From Bacteroidota bacterium (GTDB taxonomy: Bacteria > Bacteroidota > Bacteroidia > Sphingobacteriales > Sphingobacteriaceae), in contig JAHJVW010000080.1 of the NCBI GenBank assembly GCA_018828585.1, forward strand, positions 10,931 through 74,930: a stretch of DNA of 64,000 nt. The letters run 5' to 3'. The position numbers and the translations under genes were made by a program. Under the pieces are notes generated by a model. It did not search any database, was not told the origin of the DNA, and saw only the letters and a list, made by a program, of their open reading frames with translations. Of the stretch, positions 9,999 through 21,101 are shown in pieces. How positions within the stretch are numbered: position 1 is the stretch's first letter; every line of letters starts with the position of its first letter.

Positions 9999-12074
9999 TT
10001 ATATCGCTTTAAAGACGACCACTCCTAAAGGAGGAATATCAACAGCGATAGAATTAGCTTTCCAATGACTGCCTTTGGGTTCGCTTACTTTATCAGAATT
10101 TATTATTCCGCTGCCCCAAAATTCTTTCGCATCTGAATTAAATATTTCTTTCCATTTACCACTTCTGGTCACGCCAAAACGATAACTTGGTCGTGGAACA
10201 GGTGTTAGGTTTAAAGCGATGATTAAATCGTCCTTAGGATTTAAACCTTTACGGGCATAAACGACTACAGAATTCTCGTGGTCATCGTTTACAATCCACT
10301 CAAAGCCGTTACCATCGAAACTACGTTCATACATGGCTGGCTCTTCTTTGTAAAGTTTATTCAATGCCATTACTGTTTTTTTAATTCCTTGATGCGGCTC
10401 AAACTCTAACAAATGCCAGTCTAATGAATGGGAAGGATTCCATTCTTGTGTTTGCGCAAATTCACCTCCCATAAACAACAACTTGGTTCCTGGATGTGTC
10501 CACATATAACTATAGAGTAATCGAAGGTTAGCAAATTGTTGCCATTCGTCGCCCGGCATTTTATAAATCAATGATTTTTTACCATGCACCACTTCATCAT
10601 GCGACAGCGGCAACATAAAGTTCTCGGTAAAGGCGTAAATGGTGCTAAAAGTTAATTCCGAGTGATGATACTTACGATTGATTGGATCTTCTTTAAAATA
10701 ACTCAACGTATCATTCATCCAGCCCATCATCCATTTTTGGCCGAATCCTAACCCACCAGTATAAGTCGGATGACTTACGCCAGAGAATGAGGTTGATTCT
10801 TCGGCGATGGTTTGCACATCTGGAAAGTGCGCATACACGGCTTCGTTAAATTCTTTTAATAAGGATACTGCCTCTAGGTTCTCTCTTCCTCCAAATTCAT
10901 TTGGAATCCACTCACCTTCTTTCCTAGAGTAATCTAAATATAACATAGATGCAACAGCATCTACTCTTAATCCATCAATATGATAACGATCTAACCAGAA
11001 AAGTGCATTAGAAATTAAGAATGCCCTTACTTCGTTTCGTCCATAATTGAAAATATAGGATTTCCAATCAGGGTGAAATCCTTTGCGTTCATCTGCGTGT
11101 TCGTAAAGATGTGAACCATCGAAATTATATAATCCATGCGCATCACCTGGGAAATGCGACGGTACCCAATCCATAATTACCCCAATCCCACTACTGTGGA
11201 ATTGTTCGATTAAATACATTAAATCCTGAGGCGTTCCATATCTGCTGGAAGCCGCGAAATATCCTGTAATTTGATAGCCCCAGCTTGGATAAAATGGATG
11301 CTCCATCAATGGCATAAACTCGACATGCGTAAAGCCCATTTCTTTCACATAGGGGACCATTTTACTGGCCATATCCCGATAGGATAAAAACTGATCTGGA
11401 GATTCAACTCCTCTTGACCATGAACCAAAATGAACTTCATAAACCGACATGGGCTTATTCAATGCATTTTTAGTATGTCTGGTTTGCATCCAAGGTTTAT
11501 CTTGCCATTCGTACCAAGTATCCCAAATAATAGAAGCGGTACGCGGTGGTTCTTCTGCCCTTAAAGCAAAAGGATCTGCCTTTTCTAAATCTTCTCCAGT
11601 AGTGGAGTTGATGAAATATTTATAAGTTTCTCCATGTCCAACATGTGGAATAAAGCCTTCCCAAATCCCAGTGCCATCCCATCTTACATAAAGCGGATGT
11701 GAGGCCTTGTCCCAATGATTAAAGTTACCGACAACAGACACATAATTACCATTTGGTGCCCAAACGGCAAAGTAAGTTCCGGTTTCTCCTTCATGAGTAA
11801 CTACATGTGAGCCTAATTTCTCATACAATTTATAGTGCTTCCCAGACTTAAAAAGCATCACATCAAAATCAGTAAAACGGGTATATGGAATTACATTGGG
11901 AGATAAAGGAGTAATGCTTACTTCTTCTTTTTTCTTTGCGTTGGCAGTCTTTTTATTTACAGGAGTCGTTTTTTCTACTGGTTTAGCAGTTGTTTTAATT
12001 TCTTGCTTTTTAGCTACAACTTTCTTTTCTTTTGGGATGGACTCTTTTAGAGTACCTATATTTTTTTTTGCCAT
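9999..12074 (-). CDS. glgB: 1,4-alpha-glucan branching enzyme
   Basis: FAVWAPN, WGYQ, DWVPSHF, DGLRVDAVASMLY, AEES, LSHDEVVHGK motifs. Confidence 0.96.
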   Translation of the reverse strand: MAKKNIGTLKESIPKEKKVVAKKQEIKTTAKPVEKTTPVNKKTANAKKKEEVSITPLSPNVIPYTRFTDFDVMLFKSGKHYKLYEKLGSHVVTHEGETGTYFAVWAPNGNYVSVVGNFNHWDKASHPLYVRWDGTGIWEGFIPHVGHGETYKYFINSTTGEDLEKADPFALRAEEPPRTASIIWDTWYEWQDKPWMQTRHTKNALNKPMSVYEVHFGSWSRGVESPDQFLSYRDMASKMVPYVKEMGFTHVEFMPLMEHPFYPSWGYQITGYFAASSRYGTPQDLMYLIEQFHSSGIGVIMDWVPSHFPGDAHGLYNFDGSHLYEHADERKGFHPDWKSYIFNYGRNEVRAFLISNALFWLDRYHIDGLRVDAVASMLYLDYSRKEGEWIPNEFGGRENLEAVSLLKEFNEAVYAHFPDVQTIAEESTSFSGVSHPTYTGGLGFGQKWMMGWMNDTLSYFKEDPINRKYHHSELTFSTIYAFTENFMLPLSHDEVVHGKKSLIYKMPGDEWQQFANLRLLYSYMWTHPGTKLLFMGGEFAQTQEWNPSHSLDWHLLEFEPHQGIKKTVMALNKLYKEEPAMYERSFDGNGFEWIVNDDHENSVVVYARKGLNPKDDLIIALNLTPVPRPSYRFGVTRSGKWKEIFNSDAKEFWGSGIINSDKVSEPKGSHWKANSIAVDIPPLGVVVFKAI

Positions 12075-12206
12075 TAACTGAGAATCCTTAATTGCATTTA
12101 TAATTCGGTTTTAATAATCTGAGATAGACTACTCTGACAATTTACATATTTAATTGAAATAAAAATATGTTTTAAAAATTTATGAGATTGTAAAAAATGA
12201 GCCATA

Positions 12207-12237
12207 AAAAAAGCCCCCCGAATAATCGGGGGGCTTA
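12207..12237 (-). terminator. Intrinsic terminator after GH31
   Basis: AAGCCCCCCGA / TCGGGGGGCTT with a T run on the minus strand. Confidence 0.85.
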
Positions 12238-12242
12238 GTAAA

Positions 12243-14753
12243 TTATTTAAAAATCTGGATGTTTTTAAAATGCTTGGATACTTTTATTCGAACCCGCTTT
12301 AAATCATCAAATTCTAGGCTACCTACATAATCTTTCCCATCAACAGTTACTTTAGCTGGCTGAAACGGTAATCCGATTAGTTTAAGGTCATAAGTTTCGT
12401 ATCTGGGTGTAAATAAACCCTCAACCGATTGTTTGATCATCATCGATTTGTCGTCGCCATTAACAATAAATTTTTTCTCCAAGTAGATATCTTGCTCATA
12501 AGCAAAAGTGTCTCCATGATCTTCAAAATAGAATGAGTTCACCTCATAATTGGAGTAATAAATTTGAAATAATAATTCATCAATCTCGAACTCATTGGTA
12601 TGTTGCATCACAGGAAATTCAGGAATTACAGAACCCGCCTTTACAAAAATTGGCATAGAATCTAAAGGCGCCTGCACCAAATGTTCTTCACCGCCTTTCA
12701 GTTCGTCGTGTGTCCAGTAATCGTACCAATCGCCAGCTGGTAAATAAACTTTTCTCGAAGTTCCTCCTTCTTCAAAAATTGGGCAAACCAAAATTTTATC
12801 ACCAAAAGTAAATTCATCTTCACGATAAATGTTAGTTACGTTTTCCTGCTCTAACATGATGACTGGGCGTAAAATAGGAAAACCATAGCGATGGTGTTCC
12901 CAAAAAGCAGAATAGATATAAGGTAATAGTTTATAACGAAGTTCAATAAATTTACGATTGATATCTTCTAACTCCGTTCCGAAACTCCAAGGTTCACGTT
13001 CGGCCGTATCGCCCGCAGAGTGTGCTCTCATGAAAGGGGAAAAAACACCTAATTGAATCCACCGCGTAAATAACTCTCCTGTTGGCTCGCCACTAAAGCC
13101 CCCAATATCTGTTCCTGCAAATGGCATCCCAGACATGGATAATCTTTGCATTTGTAAACTTCCAATTTTTAGGTGTTCCCAACTTGCTACGTTATCACCT
13201 GTCCAACAAGAACTGTATCGTTGTACGCCCGAATATCCTGCTCTAGTAATGGTAAAAGGACGCTTATTTTTTTGGATTTTCTTTAATCCATCGTAGGTTG
13301 CTCTTACCATTTGCATCCCATAAACGTTATGCGCTTTACGGTGCGAACCTCGATGTCCATCATATTGGTGACGTACATCATCAGGGAATGTTCCTTTACC
13401 GAAAACGGCAGGCTCATTCATATCGTTCCAAACTCCGGCTACGCCAACCTCTACTAACTCTTTAAATAAACCTCCCCACCAATGCCTCACTTCCGGATTA
13501 GTAAAATCAGGAAACTGACAACGGCCTGGCCAAACATGACCTTCCATAAAATAATCATCGCTTCGGCGACAGAAATATTTATTCTCTTTTCCTTCTTTAA
13601 ATACCCAGTAGTTATCATCTACTTTTATTCCTGGGTCAATAATGACAACCGTCTTAAATCCATCATCAGATAGTTCTTTAATCATCTTTTTAGGATTTGG
13701 GAAGTATTTTTTATTCCACGTAAAGCAACGATAGCCGTCCATATAATCTATATCAAGATATAGCGCATCACAAGGGATTTTACGACTTCTGAATTGATAA
13801 GCTAAATCTTTAAGCTTAGATTCAGGATAGTAGCTCCATCTACATTGATGGTAACCTAATGCCCATATTGGAGGTAATTTATGTGTCCCGGTAATGGAGT
13901 TGTAGCGTTTTACTACATCCATCATGTGTGGACCGTGGATATAATAATATTGTAATTCACCACCATCAGCCCAAAAACTCAATTTCGTTGAATCTTCTTG
14001 TCCGAAATCAAAATGTGTTTTAAAAGTGTTATCTAAGAAAATACCATGCGCATTTCCTTCATTTAAGCTGATAAAAAACGGAATACTTCGGTAAAGTGGA
14101 TCCTGATGCTTGGCAAATGAATAGGTGTCAGAATTCCAATTTTGTAAACGTTTACCTCTTAAATTTAATTCGGTAGGTTTATCGCCTAAACCGTAAAAAG
14201 CCTCTTCGGGATAACATTTTTTGGTACAATAGACGTAATAGCCACCAAACTGGTCGTTTTCTTCCCAATGCATTCCCAAAAAATCTTCATTGATTACTTT
14301 ACCATTATTATCTACAAAAGAGATGTGGAAGTTTGATTTATTGACATGACAAGAAACTGTATTTGTGGAAACAGCATAATACTCCTCTTCCTCAGCAAAA
14401 GTGAATACCGCTACTTTTTGATCTAAAGAGGGAACGGCGTAAGAAAAATCATCTAAAAAGACACTGTGAGGTGCTAAACGGACGCGAATAATTTCATCGC
14501 TGACTACTCTGATTTCTACTGAGGCAGACCCATCTGAAAAAATATACTTATTGCTTTCTTGTCTGACCTCTTTTACTGCTCCTAAAAAAACTTTCTCAAT
14601 TGGCTTTAAACCAACAATTGGATTATTAACATGTTGAATGGTTTCCTCATCTAAATCTTCTACTGAAACAATAGGATGTTCTGAAATATCCATTGCATCT
14701 TTTATATTATTAGGATCCTTCATTTGAGCTGGATCTTTATCTTTTTTCTTCAT
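12243..14753 (-). CDS. Glycoside hydrolase family 31 (alpha-glucosidase)
   Basis: YLDIDYM, catalytic WNDMNEP, WTGDN, GTDIGGF motifs. Confidence 0.92.
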   Translation of the reverse strand: MKKKDKDPAQMKDPNNIKDAMDISEHPIVSVEDLDEETIQHVNNPIVGLKPIEKVFLGAVKEVRQESNKYIFSDGSASVEIRVVSDEIIRVRLAPHSVFLDDFSYAVPSLDQKVAVFTFAEEEEYYAVSTNTVSCHVNKSNFHISFVDNNGKVINEDFLGMHWEENDQFGGYYVYCTKKCYPEEAFYGLGDKPTELNLRGKRLQNWNSDTYSFAKHQDPLYRSIPFFISLNEGNAHGIFLDNTFKTHFDFGQEDSTKLSFWADGGELQYYYIHGPHMMDVVKRYNSITGTHKLPPIWALGYHQCRWSYYPESKLKDLAYQFRSRKIPCDALYLDIDYMDGYRCFTWNKKYFPNPKKMIKELSDDGFKTVVIIDPGIKVDDNYWVFKEGKENKYFCRRSDDYFMEGHVWPGRCQFPDFTNPEVRHWWGGLFKELVEVGVAGVWNDMNEPAVFGKGTFPDDVRHQYDGHRGSHRKAHNVYGMQMVRATYDGLKKIQKNKRPFTITRAGYSGVQRYSSCWTGDNVASWEHLKIGSLQMQRLSMSGMPFAGTDIGGFSGEPTGELFTRWIQLGVFSPFMRAHSAGDTAEREPWSFGTELEDINRKFIELRYKLLPYIYSAFWEHHRYGFPILRPVIMLEQENVTNIYREDEFTFGDKILVCPIFEEGGTSRKVYLPAGDWYDYWTHDELKGGEEHLVQAPLDSMPIFVKAGSVIPEFPVMQHTNEFEIDELLFQIYYSNYEVNSFYFEDHGDTFAYEQDIYLEKKFIVNGDDKSMMIKQSVEGLFTPRYETYDLKLIGLPFQPAKVTVDGKDYVGSLEFDDLKRVRIKVSKHFKNIQIFK

Positions 14754-14858
14754 CTATTATATGCATTTACTACATCGCTAAGATGCTTATTATCCCCCAC
14801 TTATAGAAAAGTATTTAAATATAAATTTTATTAATAACGCAATAAAAAACGATATTTA

Positions 14859-16187
14859 TTACTTTTTTATTGATAAAATAGCATCGTCTTTAACAAAAAG
14901 TGTTAAAAATCCAGCTATTATCATACAGATGCCTCCTAACATAATTGTTTTTACAGTATGCCCGTTGAAAAAATGTTGCGTAAAAAACCCCAAAACTAAT
15001 CCGCTTACAATTTGAGGGATTACCACAAAGAAATTAAAGACGCCCATATAATATCCCATTTTATGAGATGGTAAAGAACCCGCTAAAATTGCATATGGCA
15101 TGGTCAAAATACTTGCCCAAGCAATTCCAATTCCTATCATGGGGTAAATAAGTAGCTCCTTGGTAGTAATTAAGAAAATAGATGTTAAGCTTAACCCTCC
15201 AATAATCAAACACAACATATGAACAAACTTTCTACTGGTCTTTTTAGCTAAAATTGGTAAAATAAAAGCTGCCAAAGCAGAAACACCACTATAAACGGCA
15301 AACATAATTCCTACATAATTTCCGGCATCCTGGAAAGCAGCAGATTGCGCATCCGTTGTTTGATAAACATTATCTGCTATTGCGGATGTTGTATAAATCC
15401 ACATGGCAAAAAGTGCAATCCAGGAGAAGAATTGAACAACTGCCAATTGAATCATCGTTTTAGGCATTTTTCCGAAACCACCTAAGATATCTATAATCGC
15501 ATTTTTCAATCCTTTAGATTCGGCTCTTTCAGCTTTAAATTTCTCTAAACTTTCTGGAGGAAACTCTTTAGTAGTAAATACTGTCCACATCACAGAAAGT
15601 AAATAAATAGCACCCCCAGCATAAAATGCATACCTCACTGAATCGGGAATTGAACCGTTAGTGGCACTATTACTTACTCCCAAATAATCTGAAAATATGG
15701 TTGGCAATAAAGAGGCGATCACCGCTCCACAACCAATAAAGAATGTTTGCATGGCAAAACCAGCAGTTTGTTGTTCTGTATTTAGTTTATCACCTACAAA
15801 TGCTCTAAAAGGCTCCATAGAGATATTTATCGAAGCATCCATCAGCCAGAGTACGGCTACCGCCATCCATAAAACACTTGAGTTAGGCATTAAGAATAAA
15901 GCTGTTGATGCTAAAATTGCCCCAATAAAAAAGAAGGGTCTTCTTCTTCCCCAGTATGGATGCCAAGTATTATCACTTAAATAACCAATAATTGGCTGAA
16001 CCAAAAGGCCAGTAATTGGAGCTGCCAGCCAAAACAATGGTAAATCATCAGCAGAAGCACCTAGTGTGGAGAAAATTCTACTTGTATTTGCGTTTTGAAG
16101 GGCAAATCCAAACTGAATTCCGAAGAAACCGAAACTCATGTTCCAAAGCTGCCAAAAGCTTAATTTTGGTTTAATAAAATCTTTCAT
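14859..16187 (-). CDS. MFS sugar transporter (maltose/sucrose, SLC45/SUC-like)
   Basis: GFFGIQFGFALQ, QPIIGYLSD...GRRRPF, MEPFRAFVGD; about 12 hydrophobic segments. Confidence 0.88.
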   Translation of the reverse strand: MKDFIKPKLSFWQLWNMSFGFFGIQFGFALQNANTSRIFSTLGASADDLPLFWLAAPITGLLVQPIIGYLSDNTWHPYWGRRRPFFFIGAILASTALFLMPNSSVLWMAVAVLWLMDASINISMEPFRAFVGDKLNTEQQTAGFAMQTFFIGCGAVIASLLPTIFSDYLGVSNSATNGSIPDSVRYAFYAGGAIYLLSVMWTVFTTKEFPPESLEKFKAERAESKGLKNAIIDILGGFGKMPKTMIQLAVVQFFSWIALFAMWIYTTSAIADNVYQTTDAQSAAFQDAGNYVGIMFAVYSGVSALAAFILPILAKKTSRKFVHMLCLIIGGLSLTSIFLITTKELLIYPMIGIGIAWASILTMPYAILAGSLPSHKMGYYMGVFNFFVVIPQIVSGLVLGFFTQHFFNGHTVKTIMLGGICMIIAGFLTLFVKDDAILSIKK

Positions 16188-16239
16188 TCAATTTTTAGAT
16201 TAGGTGAAATTGGTTGTTTAATTCGTTTCTAAATTAAGG

Positions 16240-18060
16240 TTAAAATTTTAACACCAACACATCTGAAGGTCCAACATTAACATTGATACCGTCTTTGATA
16301 TTGATGATATTTAAACTTTCATCTGTAAATACATTCATATAATTTATACTTTTTAATTCGTCTGCTTTTAAGGTTGATAAAACCGCTTCAGGGAGTTTTA
16401 TTTTCTGCTGAAAAGCTTTGTTTCTATCAAAATTTGCAATGATTAACACTCTTTCATTTCCGATATATCTTATGTAAGCATAAACTTTGTCTCCATAAAT
16501 ATCATTGGATTTAAAGTTATTTAACTCCAAATATTTGCCGAATTTGATGGCTTCATCCCGCCCTGAAAAGTTTAATAATTTAGAATAAAACGCTCTTAAA
16601 TCCTTTTCATCGTGATTTAATTTTCCTCCATCAAATGCACCTCCGTTCATCCATTTCTGATGGTTAGGAACTCCCCAATAATCAAAAATAGTGGTTCGGT
16701 TATCATCACCACCAAAACCTTCCATTCCAGTCGCAGGCTCTCCAACTTCTTGCCCAAAATAAATCATTACCGGACCCCCGCTTAAGGTTGCACTTAATAC
16801 CATTGCCGGCAATGCCAACTTGGGGTCTTCGGCAAATCCTTTAGAAGCAACTCTTTCCTCATCATGATTTTCCAAGAAACGCAGCATATGATCAGATATA
16901 TTCACACTTTCTTGATGCGTAACTTGATGGATATCTTTTACAGTAGCATTTTTATCATCTTTAATTAATCTTTTCAAGCCATCATATAAACCCACTTTAT
17001 CATACAAATAATCAAACTTTCCAATGTTAATGTAATCTTGATATTTGGATGGAGTATATGCCTCGGCAATGAAGACTATATTCGGATTCACCTTTTTCAC
17101 TTCAGGAATTACCCAGCTCCAAAACTCAACTGGAACAAACTCTGCTACATCACATCTAAAACCGTCTACCCCTTTTTTAGCCCAAAACACTAAAATATCT
17201 CTCATTTTATTCCAAACAGGAGGAAGAGGAGTGAAGTAATTTCTATCATGCTGAACATCAATACCGTAATTCAATTTAATGGTCTCGAACCAATCATCTA
17301 AAGATGGATTAGGTTTAAACACATTATTACCCGTAGCTTTCGCTGGATATTCATCGAATTTCTGGTCTTTTAAAGGACTTTTAAAATCTTTTCCGCCAGC
17401 ATCGTAGCCTGAAGGGACCATAAATTTCATACCTGGTATATAGTAGAAATCATTTTTCGGGCTATAGGCAGCGGTTTGGTCATCATCCTCTCCAAAATCT
17501 TTAACGTCAGCAGGTTTTGCATAAGAATGATAGGTACGAGCTACATGATTAGGAATAAAATCCATAATCACTTTTAAATCATTTTGATGAGTTCTTTTAA
17601 TGAGTTCCTCATATTCACTCATTCTATTTTTAACATTCACAGCTAAATCTGGATCAACATCATAATAATCTCTGATGGCATATGGCGAACCAGCAATTCC
17701 TTTCACTACATCAGGGTCATCATTTTTAATTCCATACTTGTTATAATCCGTCATGCTGGCATGAGCAATTACTCCGGTGTACCAAACGTAATTTATTCCT
17801 AATTTTTTAAGTGATTTTAAAGCCTTGTTATTAATATCATTAAACTTACCTACCCCATTTTCTGCTAAAGTTCCGTTGTACTTATTGGTGGTTTGTTTGT
17901 TCCCAAAAAGGCGTGGTAACATTTGGTAAATCACCAATTTATGATTTACCACAGAATTATTGGTTACGGTTTTTTTATGATTTAATTTCCCGCTACAGGA
18001 AATCATCAGGGCACAAATAAATAGAATAACTAGTAATTGTTTTAGTTTACTGATTCTCAT
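16240..18060 (-). CDS. GH13 alpha-amylase family protein, probable lipoprotein
   Basis: Lipobox-like LMISC; DFIPNH, DGFRCD, AEAY, FLENHD catalytic regions. Confidence 0.88.
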   Translation of the reverse strand: MRISKLKQLLVILFICALMISCSGKLNHKKTVTNNSVVNHKLVIYQMLPRLFGNKQTTNKYNGTLAENGVGKFNDINNKALKSLKKLGINYVWYTGVIAHASMTDYNKYGIKNDDPDVVKGIAGSPYAIRDYYDVDPDLAVNVKNRMSEYEELIKRTHQNDLKVIMDFIPNHVARTYHSYAKPADVKDFGEDDDQTAAYSPKNDFYYIPGMKFMVPSGYDAGGKDFKSPLKDQKFDEYPAKATGNNVFKPNPSLDDWFETIKLNYGIDVQHDRNYFTPLPPVWNKMRDILVFWAKKGVDGFRCDVAEFVPVEFWSWVIPEVKKVNPNIVFIAEAYTPSKYQDYINIGKFDYLYDKVGLYDGLKRLIKDDKNATVKDIHQVTHQESVNISDHMLRFLENHDEERVASKGFAEDPKLALPAMVLSATLSGGPVMIYFGQEVGEPATGMEGFGGDDNRTTIFDYWGVPNHQKWMNGGAFDGGKLNHDEKDLRAFYSKLLNFSGRDEAIKFGKYLELNNFKSNDIYGDKVYAYIRYIGNERVLIIANFDRNKAFQQKIKLPEAVLSTLKADELKSINYMNVFTDESLNIINIKDGINVNVGPSDVLVLKF

Positions 18061-18072
18061 ATAAATTCCTTT

Positions 18073-20394
18073 TTAAAGTGCACTTTCTAATAATACTTCT
18101 CTTTTTGATTGTGCGCCGATTTGATGTGTTAATTCAAATACTTTTACCACTATATTTTGATCAGAATGATTTTCAATTTTGATACCCAACTTATTCACTT
18201 TGATATCTAACAACGCTCCTCTGAATTTAATTTTAAAAGCGAATGCTTTCCAATTTGCTGGAATAAATGGGCTAAAACTTAACATTCCATCCTTTATACG
18301 CATTCCACCAAAACCTTCTACTACCGCCATCCAAGTGCCAGCCATAGAAGTGGTATGGCAGCCATCTTCAGTATCGTTATTATAATCGTCTAAATCCAGT
18401 CTTGAGGTGCGCAAATAAAAATTATAGGCTCGCTTTTCATCTCCTAATTTTGCGGCAATAATCGCATGTACACAGGGAGAAAGCGAAGATTCGTGAACGG
18501 TACGAGGTTCGTAAAAATCGAAGTTTCTTCTTAAAGTTTCGGTATCAAACCGATCTTCAAATAAATATAGTCCTTGCAAAACATCCGCTTGTTTGATAAA
18601 ACATGAGCGTAAGATCCTATCCCAACTCCATTTTTGATTTAAGGGCCGATCTGCTAGCGAAAGCTCACTCACTAAAGTTTGTTCTTTGTCTAAATAACCG
18701 TCTTGCTGCAAGAAAACACCTAGTTTTTCATCCTTAGGGAGATACATATTTTCTCTGATATGCGTCCATTTCCCTAACTCTTCCTTCTGCTTAAAATTAG
18801 TTTTTTGAACAATTTCATTGAAACGTTCTTGGTGATTTTCTTGAACATATTTTAGTGCTTCTGATGTGTATTCTAAGCACCAAGCGGCTAAATAACTGGT
18901 ATAAAAATTATTGTTGATGTTATTTTCATATTCATTTGGACCAGTGACCCCCAACATGACATATTGATTTTTATCCTCACTCCAATTCACACGTTGCGCC
19001 CAAAATCTCGAGATTCCTAGAAGTACTTCTAAACCGTAATCCGCTAAATATTTAGCATCGTTAGTGTATCTAATATAATTATAAATCGCGAAAGCAATTG
19101 CTCCGTTTCTATGGATCTCTTCAAAGGTAATTTCCCACTCGTTATGGCATTCTTCCCCATTGATGGTCACCATTGGATACAAAGCTGCACCATTTTTAAA
19201 ACCTAATTTCTCTGCATTTTCTATCGCTTTTTGCAGATGTTTATATCGATAAATCAACAGATTTTTCGCCACTTTTTCATCGGCGGTAGCCAGATAAAAA
19301 GGCACACAATAAGCTTCTGTATCCCAATAGGTTGAACCACCATACTTTTCACCCGTAAAACCTTTAGGGCCGATGTTTAATCTTTCATCCTCACCTGTAT
19401 AGGTTTGGTTCAACTGAAAAATATTAAATCGAATACCTTGTTGCGCTGCCTTGTCACCTTCAATCACGATATCACTTTCTTTCCACTTTGCTGCCCAAGC
19501 ATTTTCCTGATCTTTTAATACATGTTCGAAGCCTTTATAAGCTGCTCTATGAATTGCTTTTTTTGCACTTTCCATTAAATCAGATTTCTCATAATTCATA
19601 GATGAGATGATGGATGCATATTTATAAATAGCTAACTCCTCTCCTTTTTTTAAGTTTAAGGAGGTACTTAATGCAACATATTTATCATTTTCATGATACT
19701 TAAAATCAGATTCCACTAAGACGCCTTCGACTGCCAATTGTATTTTGGCACCCACAGCTACTTGAAAGGCTGTTTTCTTGGTTTCGCAAGTAAGATATAC
19801 TTCATCTTGATGATGACTTTTCTCACTTTCAATCCAGAATTTTTCATCATAATTAGAATCCTGATTAGAGATATCACCGTCTAAAGGTGATAAAATCTCT
19901 AAATTAATATCGCCTGATAATGGCGTAATAGCATATTTTATCGCTCCAATTTCATCATCAGCAATTGAAAGAAAACGCTTCGCATTCACCCTAATCTTAG
20001 CTCCATTTTTTAAGGTTGCCGTAAAAGAACGTTCTAAATATCCTTCCTTCATTCGCAACATACGGTAAAAATCCTTTACATCGGCCTTAGCCAAATCCAA
20101 TTCTTCACCATTGATTTTAACATGGATACCAATCCAATTTGTAGCATTTAAAACCTTTGCGAAATACTCTGGATAACCATTTTTCCACCATCCTACACGT
20201 GTTTTATCAGGATAATAAACCCCGGCAACGTAGTTACCCAACATGCTCTCACCAGAATAACTTTCCTCAAAATTGGCTCTTTGACCAAAACGTCCGTTAC
20301 CCAAACTAAAAATAGATTCGGAGATTTTGTGGTGATGAGGATGAAAGCCTTCCTCAATAATATTCCACTCGTCGGTTTTAATATAGTTTTTCAT
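18073..20394 (-). CDS. Glycoside hydrolase family 65 (maltose phosphorylase-like)
   Basis: IGPKGFTGEKYGG.TYWDTE, GPNEYEN, IKQADV, HESSLS; adjacent to pgmB. Confidence 0.9.
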   Translation of the reverse strand: MKNYIKTDEWNIIEEGFHPHHHKISESIFSLGNGRFGQRANFEESYSGESMLGNYVAGVYYPDKTRVGWWKNGYPEYFAKVLNATNWIGIHVKINGEELDLAKADVKDFYRMLRMKEGYLERSFTATLKNGAKIRVNAKRFLSIADDEIGAIKYAITPLSGDINLEILSPLDGDISNQDSNYDEKFWIESEKSHHQDEVYLTCETKKTAFQVAVGAKIQLAVEGVLVESDFKYHENDKYVALSTSLNLKKGEELAIYKYASIISSMNYEKSDLMESAKKAIHRAAYKGFEHVLKDQENAWAAKWKESDIVIEGDKAAQQGIRFNIFQLNQTYTGEDERLNIGPKGFTGEKYGGSTYWDTEAYCVPFYLATADEKVAKNLLIYRYKHLQKAIENAEKLGFKNGAALYPMVTINGEECHNEWEITFEEIHRNGAIAFAIYNYIRYTNDAKYLADYGLEVLLGISRFWAQRVNWSEDKNQYVMLGVTGPNEYENNINNNFYTSYLAAWCLEYTSEALKYVQENHQERFNEIVQKTNFKQKEELGKWTHIRENMYLPKDEKLGVFLQQDGYLDKEQTLVSELSLADRPLNQKWSWDRILRSCFIKQADVLQGLYLFEDRFDTETLRRNFDFYEPRTVHESSLSPCVHAIIAAKLGDEKRAYNFYLRTSRLDLDDYNNDTEDGCHTTSMAGTWMAVVEGFGGMRIKDGMLSFSPFIPANWKAFAFKIKFRGALLDIKVNKLGIKIENHSDQNIVVKVFELTHQIGAQSKREVLLESAL

Positions 20395-20442
20395 TATTTA
20401 TGATGATCTAAATTTGCGAAAAGGATTTCGCAATCGAATATT

Positions 20443-21099
20443 TTAAGATAATTGGTTTTGTAATTTTTTTAAATTGATTTGGTCTAAACCGCTCACTACC
20501 CAATCGGCTTTGTAAAGTGTTTGGCTTTCGCCGATACCTACCACCCGCATTCCTCCACTTATAGCGGCCTCTACTCCTGCAACAGCATCTTCAAAAACGA
20601 TACAGTTTTCGGGTTTCTCCCCTAGAAGTTCAGCTCCTTTTAAAAAAACTTCTGGATCAGGTTTAGATTTGGAAACTATAGTTCCATCTACAATGGCATC
20701 AAAAGCATCATAAAGATTGATTTTAAATAGAATGGCTTCAGAATTTTTACTAGCAGAACCCAAAGCAATTTTGATTCCATTAGCCCTTAATTCGTTTAAT
20801 AATTCTCTTGCTCCTGGTAAAATTTCATCTGCCTTCATTTTATTGATCATGTCTACATACCAAGTATTTTTTAACGTTGCCAGGTTTTGTAATTCGGAAT
20901 CATTCTTTTCTAAACCTCCCCATTTCAAAATTAATTGAAGAGATTCAACTCTACTCACCCCTTTCAATTGTTCGTTTTCCTTTTCGGTAAAATCTATTCC
21001 TAGCTCATTAGCTAATCTTTTCCAAGCTTTGAAATGATATTTTGCTGTATCTACAATTACGCCATCTAAATCAAATAAACAGGCTTTTATCTCACTCAT
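20443..21099 (-). CDS. pgmB: Beta-phosphoglucomutase
   Basis: HAD motif FDLDGVIVDTA..H, SKPDPEVF, VFEDA; next to GH65. Confidence 0.92.
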   Translation of the reverse strand: MSEIKACLFDLDGVIVDTAKYHFKAWKRLANELGIDFTEKENEQLKGVSRVESLQLILKWGGLEKNDSELQNLATLKNTWYVDMINKMKADEILPGARELLNELRANGIKIALGSASKNSEAILFKINLYDAFDAIVDGTIVSKSKPDPEVFLKGAELLGEKPENCIVFEDAVAGVEAAISGGMRVVGIGESQTLYKADWVVSGLDQINLKKLQNQLS

Positions 21100-21101
21100 T
21101 T

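Noticed and set aside
20409-20416. Antisense promoter (TAAATTTG, plus strand) against pgmB
   Set aside because: No -33 element, and this 8-mer pattern is expected many times by chance in AT-rich DNA.
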